This document shows positions 22,036-30,281 of a DNA stretch of 64,000 bases, in pieces. Origin of the DNA: Deltaproteobacteria bacterium (GTDB taxonomy: Bacteria > Myxococcota_A > Polyangia > Polyangiales > Polyangiaceae); contig JAYTOL010000037.1 in NCBI GenBank assembly GCA_043747815.1, forward strand, positions 11,695-75,694. Direction: 5' to 3'. Positions within the stretch are counted from its first letter, which is position 1. Each line of letters begins with the position of its first letter. A program made the position numbers and the translations under genes. The notes under the pieces were generated by a model that was not told the origin of the DNA, did not search any database, and saw only the letters and a list, made by a program, of their open reading frames with translations.

Positions 22036-22091
22036 ATCAAGCCGCGGCCGATGCCGTGAACCCGTCCGTCAAACCTGTACGAAGGAGTGAA

Positions 22092-22583
22092 ATGTCGAGA
22101 TTCGGAACGTGCGCGCTGACCCTCTTTGCCCTCGCCGGGCTCTTCGGCTGCTCTGATGATGCAGGTCCAAGCACCGCCTCGGCTGGCACTGGCGGCGGTG
22201 CGGGTGCGGGAGGTGGTGCCGGCGTTGGAGGTAGCGGTGCCGGCGCCGGCGGTGCCGAAGCCCTCAGCTTCGCCGCCGATATTTTTCCTATCCTGAGCAT
22301 GAAATGCGCCGGGTCTAATTGCCACGGCAGAGACCAAGGCATGTTTCAGCCCGCGCACGGCTCTGCGAACGTCGATGAGGCCTACGCTGCAACCCAACAG
22401 CCCGGCTCCATGGGAGAACCCGTCTACGAACGCATCCTCGTGCGAGTGACCAGCGACGTGGCGATGATGCCGCCCGACTACGCGAACCCTCCGTGTCCCG
22501 GCGAAGTGGGAGCGCCTGGCTGCATCAGCGAGGCAGAGCTCGCGTTGCTGGAGGCTTGGGTCGAGCAGGGCGCGCTTCCCTGA
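22092..22583 (+). CDS. Lipoprotein with a Gly/Ala-rich tether and a C-terminal c-type-cytochrome-like domain (paralog 3, CX4CH variant)
   Basis: A strong AAGGAG Shine-Dalgarno precedes ATG 22092. Signal and lipobox MSRFGTCALTLFALAGLFGC|SDDA. Domain motifs FAADIFPILSMKCAGSNCHG, AMMPPD, and GCISEAELALLEAWVEQGALP. Confidence 0.8.
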   Translation: MSRFGTCALTLFALAGLFGCSDDAGPSTASAGTGGGAGAGGGAGVGGSGAGAGGAEALSFAADIFPILSMKCAGSNCHGRDQGMFQPAHGSANVDEAYAATQQPGSMGEPVYERILVRVTSDVAMMPPDYANPPCPGEVGAPGCISEAELALLEAWVEQGALP

Positions 22584-22680
22584 TCACTAACCCCATCACT
22601 TGAAAGACGAGATCGAGAGATGCTAGCGTCTGTCGGTCCATTGCCGCAATGAAGCACCGAACTGCCCCGGCGGAGCATGC

Positions 22681-24758
22681 TCAGGGCCCAACGACGAGGA
22701 CTGGCACGGTGCTACTCGCGCTGGAGTTATTGCCAAGTTGCCCACGGGCATTGTCGCCCCAACATCTGGCCGTGCCGTCGTTCAACACGGCACAGGTGTG
22801 ATTCCATCCTGCGGCGATGTCGCGCACTCCGTTCAAGCCCGAGACTCGAACGGGGGTCAAGCTCGTTTCCGACGGCGAGCCAGTTCCGAGCTGTCCGAGC
22901 GCGTTGCCGCCCCAACAGTGAGAGCACAAGCATGAGTGGCTGCAACGAAGATGTCTAATACGCGTCCTAGAGCAGTTACCGCCGATGACGACACTTGCGT
23001 CGTGCGCCCCCAGCAGATGGCATTTCCGCCGGCATCGAGTGAACAAGAGGAACGAAAACCCGCCATGACGTGCGCAGTTCCCGCGCCTTCCGCCCGTACC
23101 GGAGTCGCGCGGTTAGTCGTGGTTCCATCGCCGAGCTCTCCGGAAGTGTTTTCACCCCAGCAACGCACGCTGGCGGCTCGACCCCCTTGCGCGGCCAGGA
23201 GTGCGCAGGAATGCCTGTTACCTACGCTCAGCTGCCGTACGCCGGTCAGCCCAGCCACGGCCCGTGGAGTAGGTACATTATCGGTACCGCCACTTCCGGT
23301 CTGGAAGGCGTCATTCGCTCCCCAACAACGGACGGTTCCGTCCGAAAGTAGGCCACACGTGTGTGCCTCGCCTGCCCCCACTGAGACGAACTTGATGCAG
23401 GGGGGATCCTCATCGACTTGGCCGTCGCAGTCATCGTCCCTCTGATTCCCACAGATCTCAGCATTTGATGTGGTGCAACTCGGAGCTGCCGGTGCCCAAA
23501 TGCCTGCAGGCGAGCATGTGATATTTCGAACAGCGCACTCTCCTTGGGAGCCGTGAATCTGGCCGCACGTGGCGCTCGAACCTGGATCGCAATCTCCTGT
23601 GCAGTTACCGCTGCCGGTGCACACCGAAGGACACGCGGCTTGATTCTGCCACTGAAAGGCGACGCATAGTTGCGCCACGCTCGTGGTTCCGCATCGGCGT
23701 GCTCCCGACATGCACTCTCCGCTGCAATTGCCATTGCCCGTGCAGGTGAATTGGCAGGGTGTTTGGCTATCCCAGGAACCAGTGTTGCTGCATTGTTGTG
23801 GGGCACCAGTGTTTGGACTGCAACGGCGCGTGCCTGGGACGCATTCACCTCCGCAGATCGTTCCGACGCAGGCATTCGCACAGCCAACGGCGTCGCTCCA
23901 CTGACCTTCGTCACTGCATCTTTGCTCCTGTGTTGTAGAGTTGCAGCGTGTCGTGCCCGGCACACATTCGCCGCCGCATGAGGCCCCGATACAAGCGTTG
24001 GGACATGCGGCGGGTGCTTGCCACTGGCCCTGTTCACTGCATGTTTGCTGCCGAGTCTCCGAGAAGCACCGTGTCTGTGCCGGCGTGCATTCACCAGTGC
24101 AACTCTGGCCAAGACAAGCGTTCCCACACTGGGTCGCGGTACCCCACTCGCCTAGGTCATTACAGGTCTCCATCGAGGTCGGTGAGATACAGCGTGTTTG
24201 GTTGGGAGTACACTGGCCGCCGCAATCGTTCATCAAGCAGGCTGCGTCACATTCGGTGGGCTCTAGCCACGTTCCCTGTGCCCCGCACGTCCGGCGACGG
24301 GTACTCGATAGGCATTCGCTCGCGCCTGGAACGCATTCCCCATTGCAGTTCTCGCCAATGCACGCATAGGGGCACGTAGTGGGAGTCGTCCAAACCCCAT
24401 CAATTCCGCATTCGACGCGTGTCGTCGGCGTGTCGCACAATGTTGCGCCTGGAACGCATTCCTTGGCGCAGGCGCTTCCGGCATCACAACCACAAGTGCC
24501 ATCGTCGTCACACAAAGGGCCCGCAGGGTTGACGCTCGCGCCAGTGGATGCGTCACGCGGCTCGGATTCTGCCCGCGGATCTTGACCGATTGGCACCGGA
24601 AGAGACGGCGGAGCGGCGCCTGCTTCACTTAACGGACGCGCAGGCTCGCCCGCGCCACCGCTGAAATCGCGCTTCTTGCCGGAACATGCTGCAGCCAAGA
24701 TCGCGCTACAGAGGACCATGACGGCGGCACGCGCAGAACGACTCTCTTCCACACCCAC
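22681..24758 (-). pseudogene. Frameshifted lipoprotein: Myxococcus-type Cys-rich repeats + MopE-like DDDCDG motif + RCC1 beta-propeller repeats
   Basis: GTG 24758 has a GGAGG Shine-Dalgarno; lipobox AILAAAC|SGKK. There are about 8 modules of C.NAC.G.SCGGEC.PG..RC, then CGNQRDDDCDGQVDED, then RCC1 blades (HTCGLLSDGTVRCWGAN, HSCALL..VRCWGENTSGELG). The main frame stops at 22857, but RCC1 repeats continue in another frame (ORF 22681..23046: HCWGGNALGQLG...HTCAVLNDGTARCWGDNARGQLG). The frame switch is near 22917-22935. Confidence 0.6.
23440..24510 (-). repeat. Coding tandem array of ~40-aa cysteine-rich modules (about 8 copies)
   Basis: Periodic pattern C-x2-AC-x-G-x2-C-x-GEC-x-PG-x2-RC-x(7-9)-C-x3-G-x-W in the translation of the minus-strand ORF. 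Boundaries are approximate. Confidence 0.6.
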
Positions 24759-25368
24759 GACTTACCTCCGAATCGCCCCTTCCATTCGTCGGGGGCCGGG
24801 AAAACTATCAGAGTTCCTCGGCCGGGTACAGACCGCAGTTGCTCACGAAGCGCGGGTTCAGCAATGTCCTTGGATTGCGGCCGGCGCTGATCGGACATTG
24901 GCGCATGCGTCGCAAGAGCAAGTGACGGCCGTGATGATGTCGATGCCGCATCGTTAGCAAATGCGAACGCGTTGCCCGGCGACAAACCGATTGAGTCGTG
25001 GTTTCCGACGTCGCTCAGCGCGCTTGTCGGAGTTGCAACGGAGGGAGACACCGAGCACGCTGACGTCGCCGAGGGAGATGTGCCCGAGATCGACGAGACC
25101 CGACAGCGTCGTGGCGTTCGCGGCACCCGCCGCCGAGGTGCCGGGTGATGCGTGTGCCGACGTGCGCCGTTCGGGTAGCTTTTGCAAGCGCGAGGGGACA
25201 TCGTCACGAGGAAACCGTGCCGCGATGACCTCGCGCGCCTGCTGCACCGATCTTCCCGAGCGAGAGAGAGCAGTTCAGCAATTCTGTCCGGAAGCTAAGT
25301 GCGGTTTCAGCAGAGCCGCGACGGACAGCGACACCTGCCTTCAGGTGGGACAACGATCATATCCCACA

Positions 25369-25397
25369 TTGACAAAATCCCACTTGCGGTTCATGCT
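25369..25397 (+). promoter_or_regulatory. Sigma70-like promoter candidate for the toxin-antitoxin pair, flanked by a direct repeat
   Basis: TTGACA (25369-25374), 17-nt spacer, CATGCT (25392-25397; weak -10). ATCCCAC occurs twice (25361-25367 and 25377-25383), bracketing the -35. GGAGG at 25406-25410 lies 7 nt before ATG 25418. Confidence 0.35.
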
Positions 25398-25417
25398 CTG
25401 AGGTTGGAGGTGTCACC

Positions 25418-25693
25418 ATGCTTGCCAAGAAGTTCGAGAGTGTGCTCCGTCCCGACAGCAAAGGTCGCATTGCGCTCGGAGAGCTGGCCAAGGGTGTCAG
25501 TAGTTTCCGCGTCAGCGTGGATGGGGATCGGATCATCCTCGAGCCGTACGCGGAGATCCCCGCCCGTGAGAAATGGCTCTTCGAGAAGCCGGAGGCGCTG
25601 GCCAGCGTCAAGCGCGGTCTGGCTGATAGCGCAGCGGGGCGCATCAAGAGGCGCGGTAGTTTTGCCAAGCACGTTGGCGACAGTGACGACTGA
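25418..25693 (+). CDS. Type II antitoxin, AbrB/SpoVT-like N-terminal DNA-binding fold
   Basis: 91 aa. PDSKGRIALGELAKGVSSFRVSVDGDRIILEP resembles a swapped-hairpin AbrB/MazE domain, followed by an acidic tail. The stop overlaps the toxin ATG (TGATG at 25691-25695). Confidence 0.65.
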   Translation: MLAKKFESVLRPDSKGRIALGELAKGVSSFRVSVDGDRIILEPYAEIPAREKWLFEKPEALASVKRGLADSAAGRIKRRGSFAKHVGDSDD

Positions 25694-25989
25694 TGGCGTT
25701 CCAGCTCCTCTTCACCGACGAGGCGAGCGACAACCTCCGCGTTCTGGAGAAGGGCGCTGGGCTCGCCAAGCAACTGAAGGCAGTCCGCAAATCCCTTGGC
25801 TACTTGGAAACTAACCCGAGGCATCCAAGCCTGAACACGCACGAGTTCAGCTCATTGCGTGGCGGAAGCGGGGAAAAGGTCTTCGAGGCATACGCCGAGA
25901 ACCGGACCCCTTCTGCGTACCGCATCTTCTGGCATTACGGCCCGGAAAAGGATCAGATCACCATCATCGCCATCCTCCCGCATCCCTGA
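25693..25989 (+). CDS. RelE/ParE-superfamily type II toxin
   Basis: 98 aa. The C-terminal YRIFWHYGPEKDQITIIAILPHP is typical of RelE/ParE-fold toxins. Small size and 1-nt overlap with the upstream antitoxin gene. Confidence 0.7.
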   Translation: MAFQLLFTDEASDNLRVLEKGAGLAKQLKAVRKSLGYLETNPRHPSLNTHEFSSLRGGSGEKVFEAYAENRTPSAYRIFWHYGPEKDQITIIAILPHP

Positions 25990-26015
25990 AGCCAGGAGCG
26001 GTGCCTTAGCGTCCT

Positions 26016-27407
26016 TCAGCCGGTGAGCGCAGCCAGCGGCCCCGTCGTGATCGCGGGATTACGGGCTTGGCCGAAGCTGTCGACCCGTACGCCGAAGGCG
26101 TGGCAGATGGAGACGAGCAGGTGGTTGTTGGCGCCGCCGGCCTTGCCTTCGCAGACGATGTGGCGTCCACCCTTGAAAGCGCCCCCCGCGAGCAAGGTCG
26201 GGACGCTGCGCGAGCTGTGACGGGAAGGGTCGCCCATGTCGCTGCTCACGTAGATGACGGTGTCGTCGAGGAGCTTGTGTTCGTCTAGCCGCTGCATGAG
26301 CCGAGCGACTTTGCCGTAGCTGTAGCGGTTCTGGCGGGCCAACGGCAGCCAGCTCTCGGGGTGACCGGGCTGGCCCTCGGCTCGCGCGCGGTAGCGGTGC
26401 GCGACGTCGAAGTGCATGTCCTCGGGCATGTCTGGGAGCACGTGCGTCCGACTCAGATCGCCAAGAAAGAGCGTGCCGAAGCGGGTCAGGTCGCAGGCCA
26501 TGGCCCGAGCCAACAGGTCCACCTGCAGGTCCGTTATGGCGTCGAGGAAACGAGCGGCGCCGCTGCCGGCTCCGACGCTCTCGAAAGCGGAAGGCCGCTC
26601 GGGGAGGGCGCACGCGGCTTCGATTCGAGTCAGCCGACGTTCGAGCTCGCGCTGCGCCGTCAGATGTTGATCGAGCTTCTCGAGCTCGGCCTTGGGAAGC
26701 TGCGCCGAGAGCGCGGTGAGCTGCTCGGACAAGAAGTCGAGGCTGCTCTTGTCCCGCGCGCGTTGCGCCCGGACGCGCAGGGCAGCCTCGGGATCCTTGG
26801 GCAGAATGAGCTCGCCGAAGACGACATCGTAGACCTCGCTCGGGTCGATGCGTTTGGGCACCGGGCGCCCTCCCGCCTGGTAGGAGATGTTGGAGCCGAT
26901 GTCCGTCTCGTTCGAGCCGACGCCGAGCACCAGGGAGCTGTAGGGAGTGGACGCGCCGAGCCCGCGTTCGACCGCCAGAAATTGGTCGAGCGAGGCGTTG
27001 TCAGCATCCGCCGCGCCGCCCGTGAGGATGACGCGCGCACCCTCATGACCGACCGTGCCGGCTTCGATGCCGGCGCTGAGATCGAGCCCCTCGACGACGA
27101 GGATTCGATCGCGAAAGCTCTGCCCAAAGCTCGCCGCGTCATCGAAGGGTTGTAGGCTGCAGCTCTCGTAGCTCAGATCGAAGCCGGTACCTGGCACCCA
27201 GAGCTCGCGCGCCATGCCGTGCGGCGCGTAGATGCCGATGAAGCGCCGCATGGGACCAGCCCCATCGCCCACTACCGACTCGGCCTGCGCCAGGGAAGGA
27301 GCGAGCAGGCAGCGCAGAAATGGAGCGAAGCCGAGGCCCGCCAGGCCTGACCTCAGAAACGCCCTGCGCGACGCTCGCGGCTTCGGGATCGACATGTGCT
27401 TTTTCAT
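26016..27407 (-). CDS. DUF1552-family secreted protein (Tat-type signal)
   Basis: N-terminus RASRRAFLRSGLAGLGFAPFL is a twin-arginine-like signal. Size and its position downstream of a DUF1592-type gene match the family's usual pairing. ATGA overlap with the upstream gene (27404-27407). Confidence 0.6.
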   Translation of the reverse strand: MKKHMSIPKPRASRRAFLRSGLAGLGFAPFLRCLLAPSLAQAESVVGDGAGPMRRFIGIYAPHGMARELWVPGTGFDLSYESCSLQPFDDAASFGQSFRDRILVVEGLDLSAGIEAGTVGHEGARVILTGGAADADNASLDQFLAVERGLGASTPYSSLVLGVGSNETDIGSNISYQAGGRPVPKRIDPSEVYDVVFGELILPKDPEAALRVRAQRARDKSSLDFLSEQLTALSAQLPKAELEKLDQHLTAQRELERRLTRIEAACALPERPSAFESVGAGSGAARFLDAITDLQVDLLARAMACDLTRFGTLFLGDLSRTHVLPDMPEDMHFDVAHRYRARAEGQPGHPESWLPLARQNRYSYGKVARLMQRLDEHKLLDDTVIYVSSDMGDPSRHSSRSVPTLLAGGAFKGGRHIVCEGKAGGANNHLLVSICHAFGVRVDSFGQARNPAITTGPLAALTG

Positions 27408-29032
27408 GAGCCTGACTCTTTGGCTGTGCGTTGCATGAACATCGGGCTCTGGATGAAGGCCACCAGCGTCGCGAAGAGATCGCGCTGCTCGGCTTCAGGT
27501 AAGCGGCGCCTTTCGGCGAGGAACGCGGCTTCGACGCCCGCGTCGTGCTGACCCGTGAAGAAGCGGAACGCCTGTCGCGCGAAACACTCGTGAGCGCGTG
27601 GATTGCCTGCCAACCAGCGCGACACGTCGCGACTGTCCTGGAACGTCTGTGGACCCCCCGGGCCCCCGTATTCGGTGCGCGTATCGATCGCGCGTTGATT
27701 CTCCTCGGTGCGAACGCGACCCACGAAGTCGAAGTTCTCGAAAGTGAAACCAATGGCATCGATGGTGCGGTGACAGCTCCGGCAGGTCGGGTCTTCCGCG
27801 TGGCGAGCGTGCCGTTGGCGCGTGGTGAGCTCTGGGTCGGGCGGTGGAAAGGTGACCTGCAGACCGAGCTCGGTAGGGCGAGGCAACTCGATGCACAAGA
27901 AACGCTCGAGGATCGCCTTGCCCCGTAACACCGGCGCCGTCTGGCTCTCGTGAGAGTGGACGGCAAGGAAACTGGGCTGTTGCAACAGCCCGACCCGCGC
28001 GCTACCCGCCAGCGAGACGCGCCCATAGTGCTGGCCGGGCGCTGCCGGGGGCAGGCCCTCGAACGTGCGCAAGGAGGCGGGTATGACCGTGAAGTTTGCC
28101 GAGAGCAACTTGTCGAGCGAGGCCCCTTCATACATGAACACCTCGTCCACGAAGGCATCCGTCTCCGCGATCAGCCCCAAGCGCAGCTGCTGGTCATCGG
28201 TGACCGGTTTGGGGAGGGACGCGAGGGCGTCCAACCCCAGCCACTCGTGCACGAAGCGACGAAATTGAAAGCGCGTGTTTGATTGCCCGAGCAGGCGCCA
28301 AGCTTCACGCGCCCGTTGCTCGGGTACTCGCAGCCGCCCCTCGGCACCCGCACTCACCAGCGCTTCGTCTGGCGGGCCGCCGGTCAACATGTAGCCGAGC
28401 ACGCTGGCGGCTTCTTCGGACGTCAGCTGGCGCGCTTCCGGCGACGCTGGAGCGCCGAGCTCACTCACGTAAAGCACCTGCGGCGAGACCAAGAGCGTGG
28501 CGATGAGCTGCTCGAGCCCGACCTCGAACCCCCCGCTCTGAGCTGCCTCTCGAAACAACTCCAGGGCGGCCCGCGTCTCGGCAGGGCGAGGCGGTCGACG
28601 GTAGGCGCGCCGTTCAAACGCCGTGACCACGGATTCGGCGCAGCGCGCGTTGGCCGGAGCGCACGGAACGAGCGCCTCGAAACGCTCTCGCACGGCGCGC
28701 CGCGCTAGCTCGCGAGCGAGCTTTTTAGCCTCCGCGGCGTACGTGGGGTCGACGCTCTGGCGATCGTTGGATGAAAATCCGTTAGAGAGGACGTCGCGCG
28801 GGAAGCTCGCTGGCAACACCACTCGGAAGCCGAGAATATGCGTGAGGGTCTGGGCGTATTCGGCGTTGGATAGCCGCCGCAACCGAACGGGTAGATGGCG
28901 CGCGTGCGCGGTGCTCGCCGGGTTTGAAGCTGACGCATGGGCGGGAGGCGACGACGCCGACAGTGACGACCGGCAGGCGGCTCCGACCCCGATGACCAGG
29001 GCCGCACACATCAGGAGCCGACGTTGCATCAC
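27404..29032 (-). CDS. DUF1592/DUF1588/DUF1585-type protein with a C-terminal CxxCH motif
   Basis: Signal peptide MMQRRLLMCAALVIGVGAAC. C-terminal CRSCHRTIDAIGFTFENFDFVG, typical of the planctomycete/myxobacterial DUF158x-159x family that pairs with DUF1552. Confidence 0.6.
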   Translation of the reverse strand: MMQRRLLMCAALVIGVGAACRSSLSASSPPAHASASNPASTAHARHLPVRLRRLSNAEYAQTLTHILGFRVVLPASFPRDVLSNGFSSNDRQSVDPTYAAEAKKLARELARRAVRERFEALVPCAPANARCAESVVTAFERRAYRRPPRPAETRAALELFREAAQSGGFEVGLEQLIATLLVSPQVLYVSELGAPASPEARQLTSEEAASVLGYMLTGGPPDEALVSAGAEGRLRVPEQRAREAWRLLGQSNTRFQFRRFVHEWLGLDALASLPKPVTDDQQLRLGLIAETDAFVDEVFMYEGASLDKLLSANFTVIPASLRTFEGLPPAAPGQHYGRVSLAGSARVGLLQQPSFLAVHSHESQTAPVLRGKAILERFLCIELPRPTELGLQVTFPPPDPELTTRQRHARHAEDPTCRSCHRTIDAIGFTFENFDFVGRVRTEENQRAIDTRTEYGGPGGPQTFQDSRDVSRWLAGNPRAHECFARQAFRFFTGQHDAGVEAAFLAERRRLPEAEQRDLFATLVAFIQSPMFMQRTAKESGS

Positions 29033-29038
29033 GTCAGG

Positions 29039-29851
29039 TCACTTGGCTTGGTGCGGCATGAAAGCCACGTCGTCGAGCCACAGCTCGGCGGGCTGATCCG
29101 CCCGGCCCACGCTGAAGTTGACGGCCAGCAGCTCTTTGACGTTGAGGCGCGAGGCCGTGCCCCAGCCCTGTTGAGTAAAGGCAGACCAGGGCAGGCGATG
29201 TTGCGTCCACTCGTCCTTCAAGAACACGAAGGCACCATGGCTGTCCCAGCAGCCCCGTTGGCAGCGCCCTTCTTGCTCGGCCGGTGTCGTTTCCGGAACG
29301 CTCAGGTTGATCCGAATGCGGCCCCTCCCGCGGGCCATGAACGATAGGCCCTCGAACGCTTCGGCGTTGAACGGGCACTTGATCCCCTCCTCGGGCACGT
29401 AGCGCACTTGAAACCCGAGCGCCGCGCCCCATTCGCTGAAACCCTCGACCCGATAATGCACGGCATAGTTGGACCCGTTGTAGCCGCCGCGTTCGGCCGC
29501 ATAGGCCTCGGGGGACTGCTTGCCGTCCGGGGAGCCGTCGTTCGACATGTACCAGGTGCCATAACGCTCGGGCACCGGCCTCAAAAAGACCGTGTCTTGC
29601 TCGAAGTCGGCGAGCAAGGGGTCCTGCGTGAGCGCGGGTACGCTCTGACAACGCCCCACGCTCTCCGTGACGACTCGCGCACCTCCCGACTCGCCGAACG
29701 ACGCGCGCTCACCCCCGAACGCCTTGTGCTCGACAGGGCTCGCCGGCGCAGTTTCCGGCGCCGCGGCGCAGCCAGCTATTGCCGCGCCCCACAGGACCCA
29801 CCCAATCGGCTCGATGTAATCGAAGTGCGACCTCAGGAAGCGTATGAGCAT
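29039..29851 (-). CDS. Lipoprotein with a CBM11/CIA30-like (galactose-binding-like) domain
   Basis: Lipobox AAIAGC|AAAPE. Beta-sandwich-type segments NYAVHYRVEGFSEWGAALGF, LSFMARGRGRIRINLSV and WTQHRLPWSAF..VKELLAVNFSV. Only 6 nt separate its stop from the next gene's start. Confidence 0.5.
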   Translation of the reverse strand: MLIRFLRSHFDYIEPIGWVLWGAAIAGCAAAPETAPASPVEHKAFGGERASFGESGGARVVTESVGRCQSVPALTQDPLLADFEQDTVFLRPVPERYGTWYMSNDGSPDGKQSPEAYAAERGGYNGSNYAVHYRVEGFSEWGAALGFQVRYVPEEGIKCPFNAEAFEGLSFMARGRGRIRINLSVPETTPAEQEGRCQRGCWDSHGAFVFLKDEWTQHRLPWSAFTQQGWGTASRLNVKELLAVNFSVGRADQPAELWLDDVAFMPHQAK

Positions 29852-30185
29852 GCCTGTGCAGGTATAGCTCCATTGGCCGCGCGCGCGAGCGCCCCATCAG
29901 CTCGCCCGGGCTTTAGCCAGCGTCGGGGCGGGCCAGGCACTCATCGAAGCGGGGCTCGACTGGGCAGAACCTCCCCCGAGGTGAGCCCCGTAACCCGTCC
30001 AGCTACGGCGCCTGCGCAAACGGCGGACGCCTCGGACACGGGGCGGTGTGCGAGACAAAACGTGCGCAATTCGCCGCAGGACGTGGCACGGGTCGGTACC
30101 CTACGCGCAGTGGGCATGGCGGAGTTGACGCGCTCAGGCAGCCGGCGCTTCGCTGCGAAGTACAAAGTGCTCGTTTTCCGAAGTG

Positions 30186-30224
30186 GGCGCGTCCCAATCA
30201 TTTACTGGGACCGCCGCGTTTTTT
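30186..30224 (+). terminator. Orphan intrinsic-terminator-like hairpin followed by a T6 run
   Basis: GGCGCGTCCCA (30186-30196), 9-nt loop, TGGGACCGCCGCG (imperfect: 6 bp + bulge + 2 bp), then TTTTTT (30219-30224). It sits in a 430-bp stretch without a credible ORF, and no plus-strand gene lies upstream. Confidence 0.25.
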
Positions 30225-30281
30225 GTTGCTTCTCTCGTGATCTGCGTTCGGCAAGAACGGTACGAGGATTGGGGACTAAAT

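Noticed and set aside
24629-25401. ORFs of 97-192 aa on both strands in the spacer upstream of the toxin-antitoxin pair
   Set aside because: They have no recognisable motifs, poor composition and no Shine-Dalgarno. I treated them as non-coding or possible gene remnants, which can only be resolved by BLASTX.
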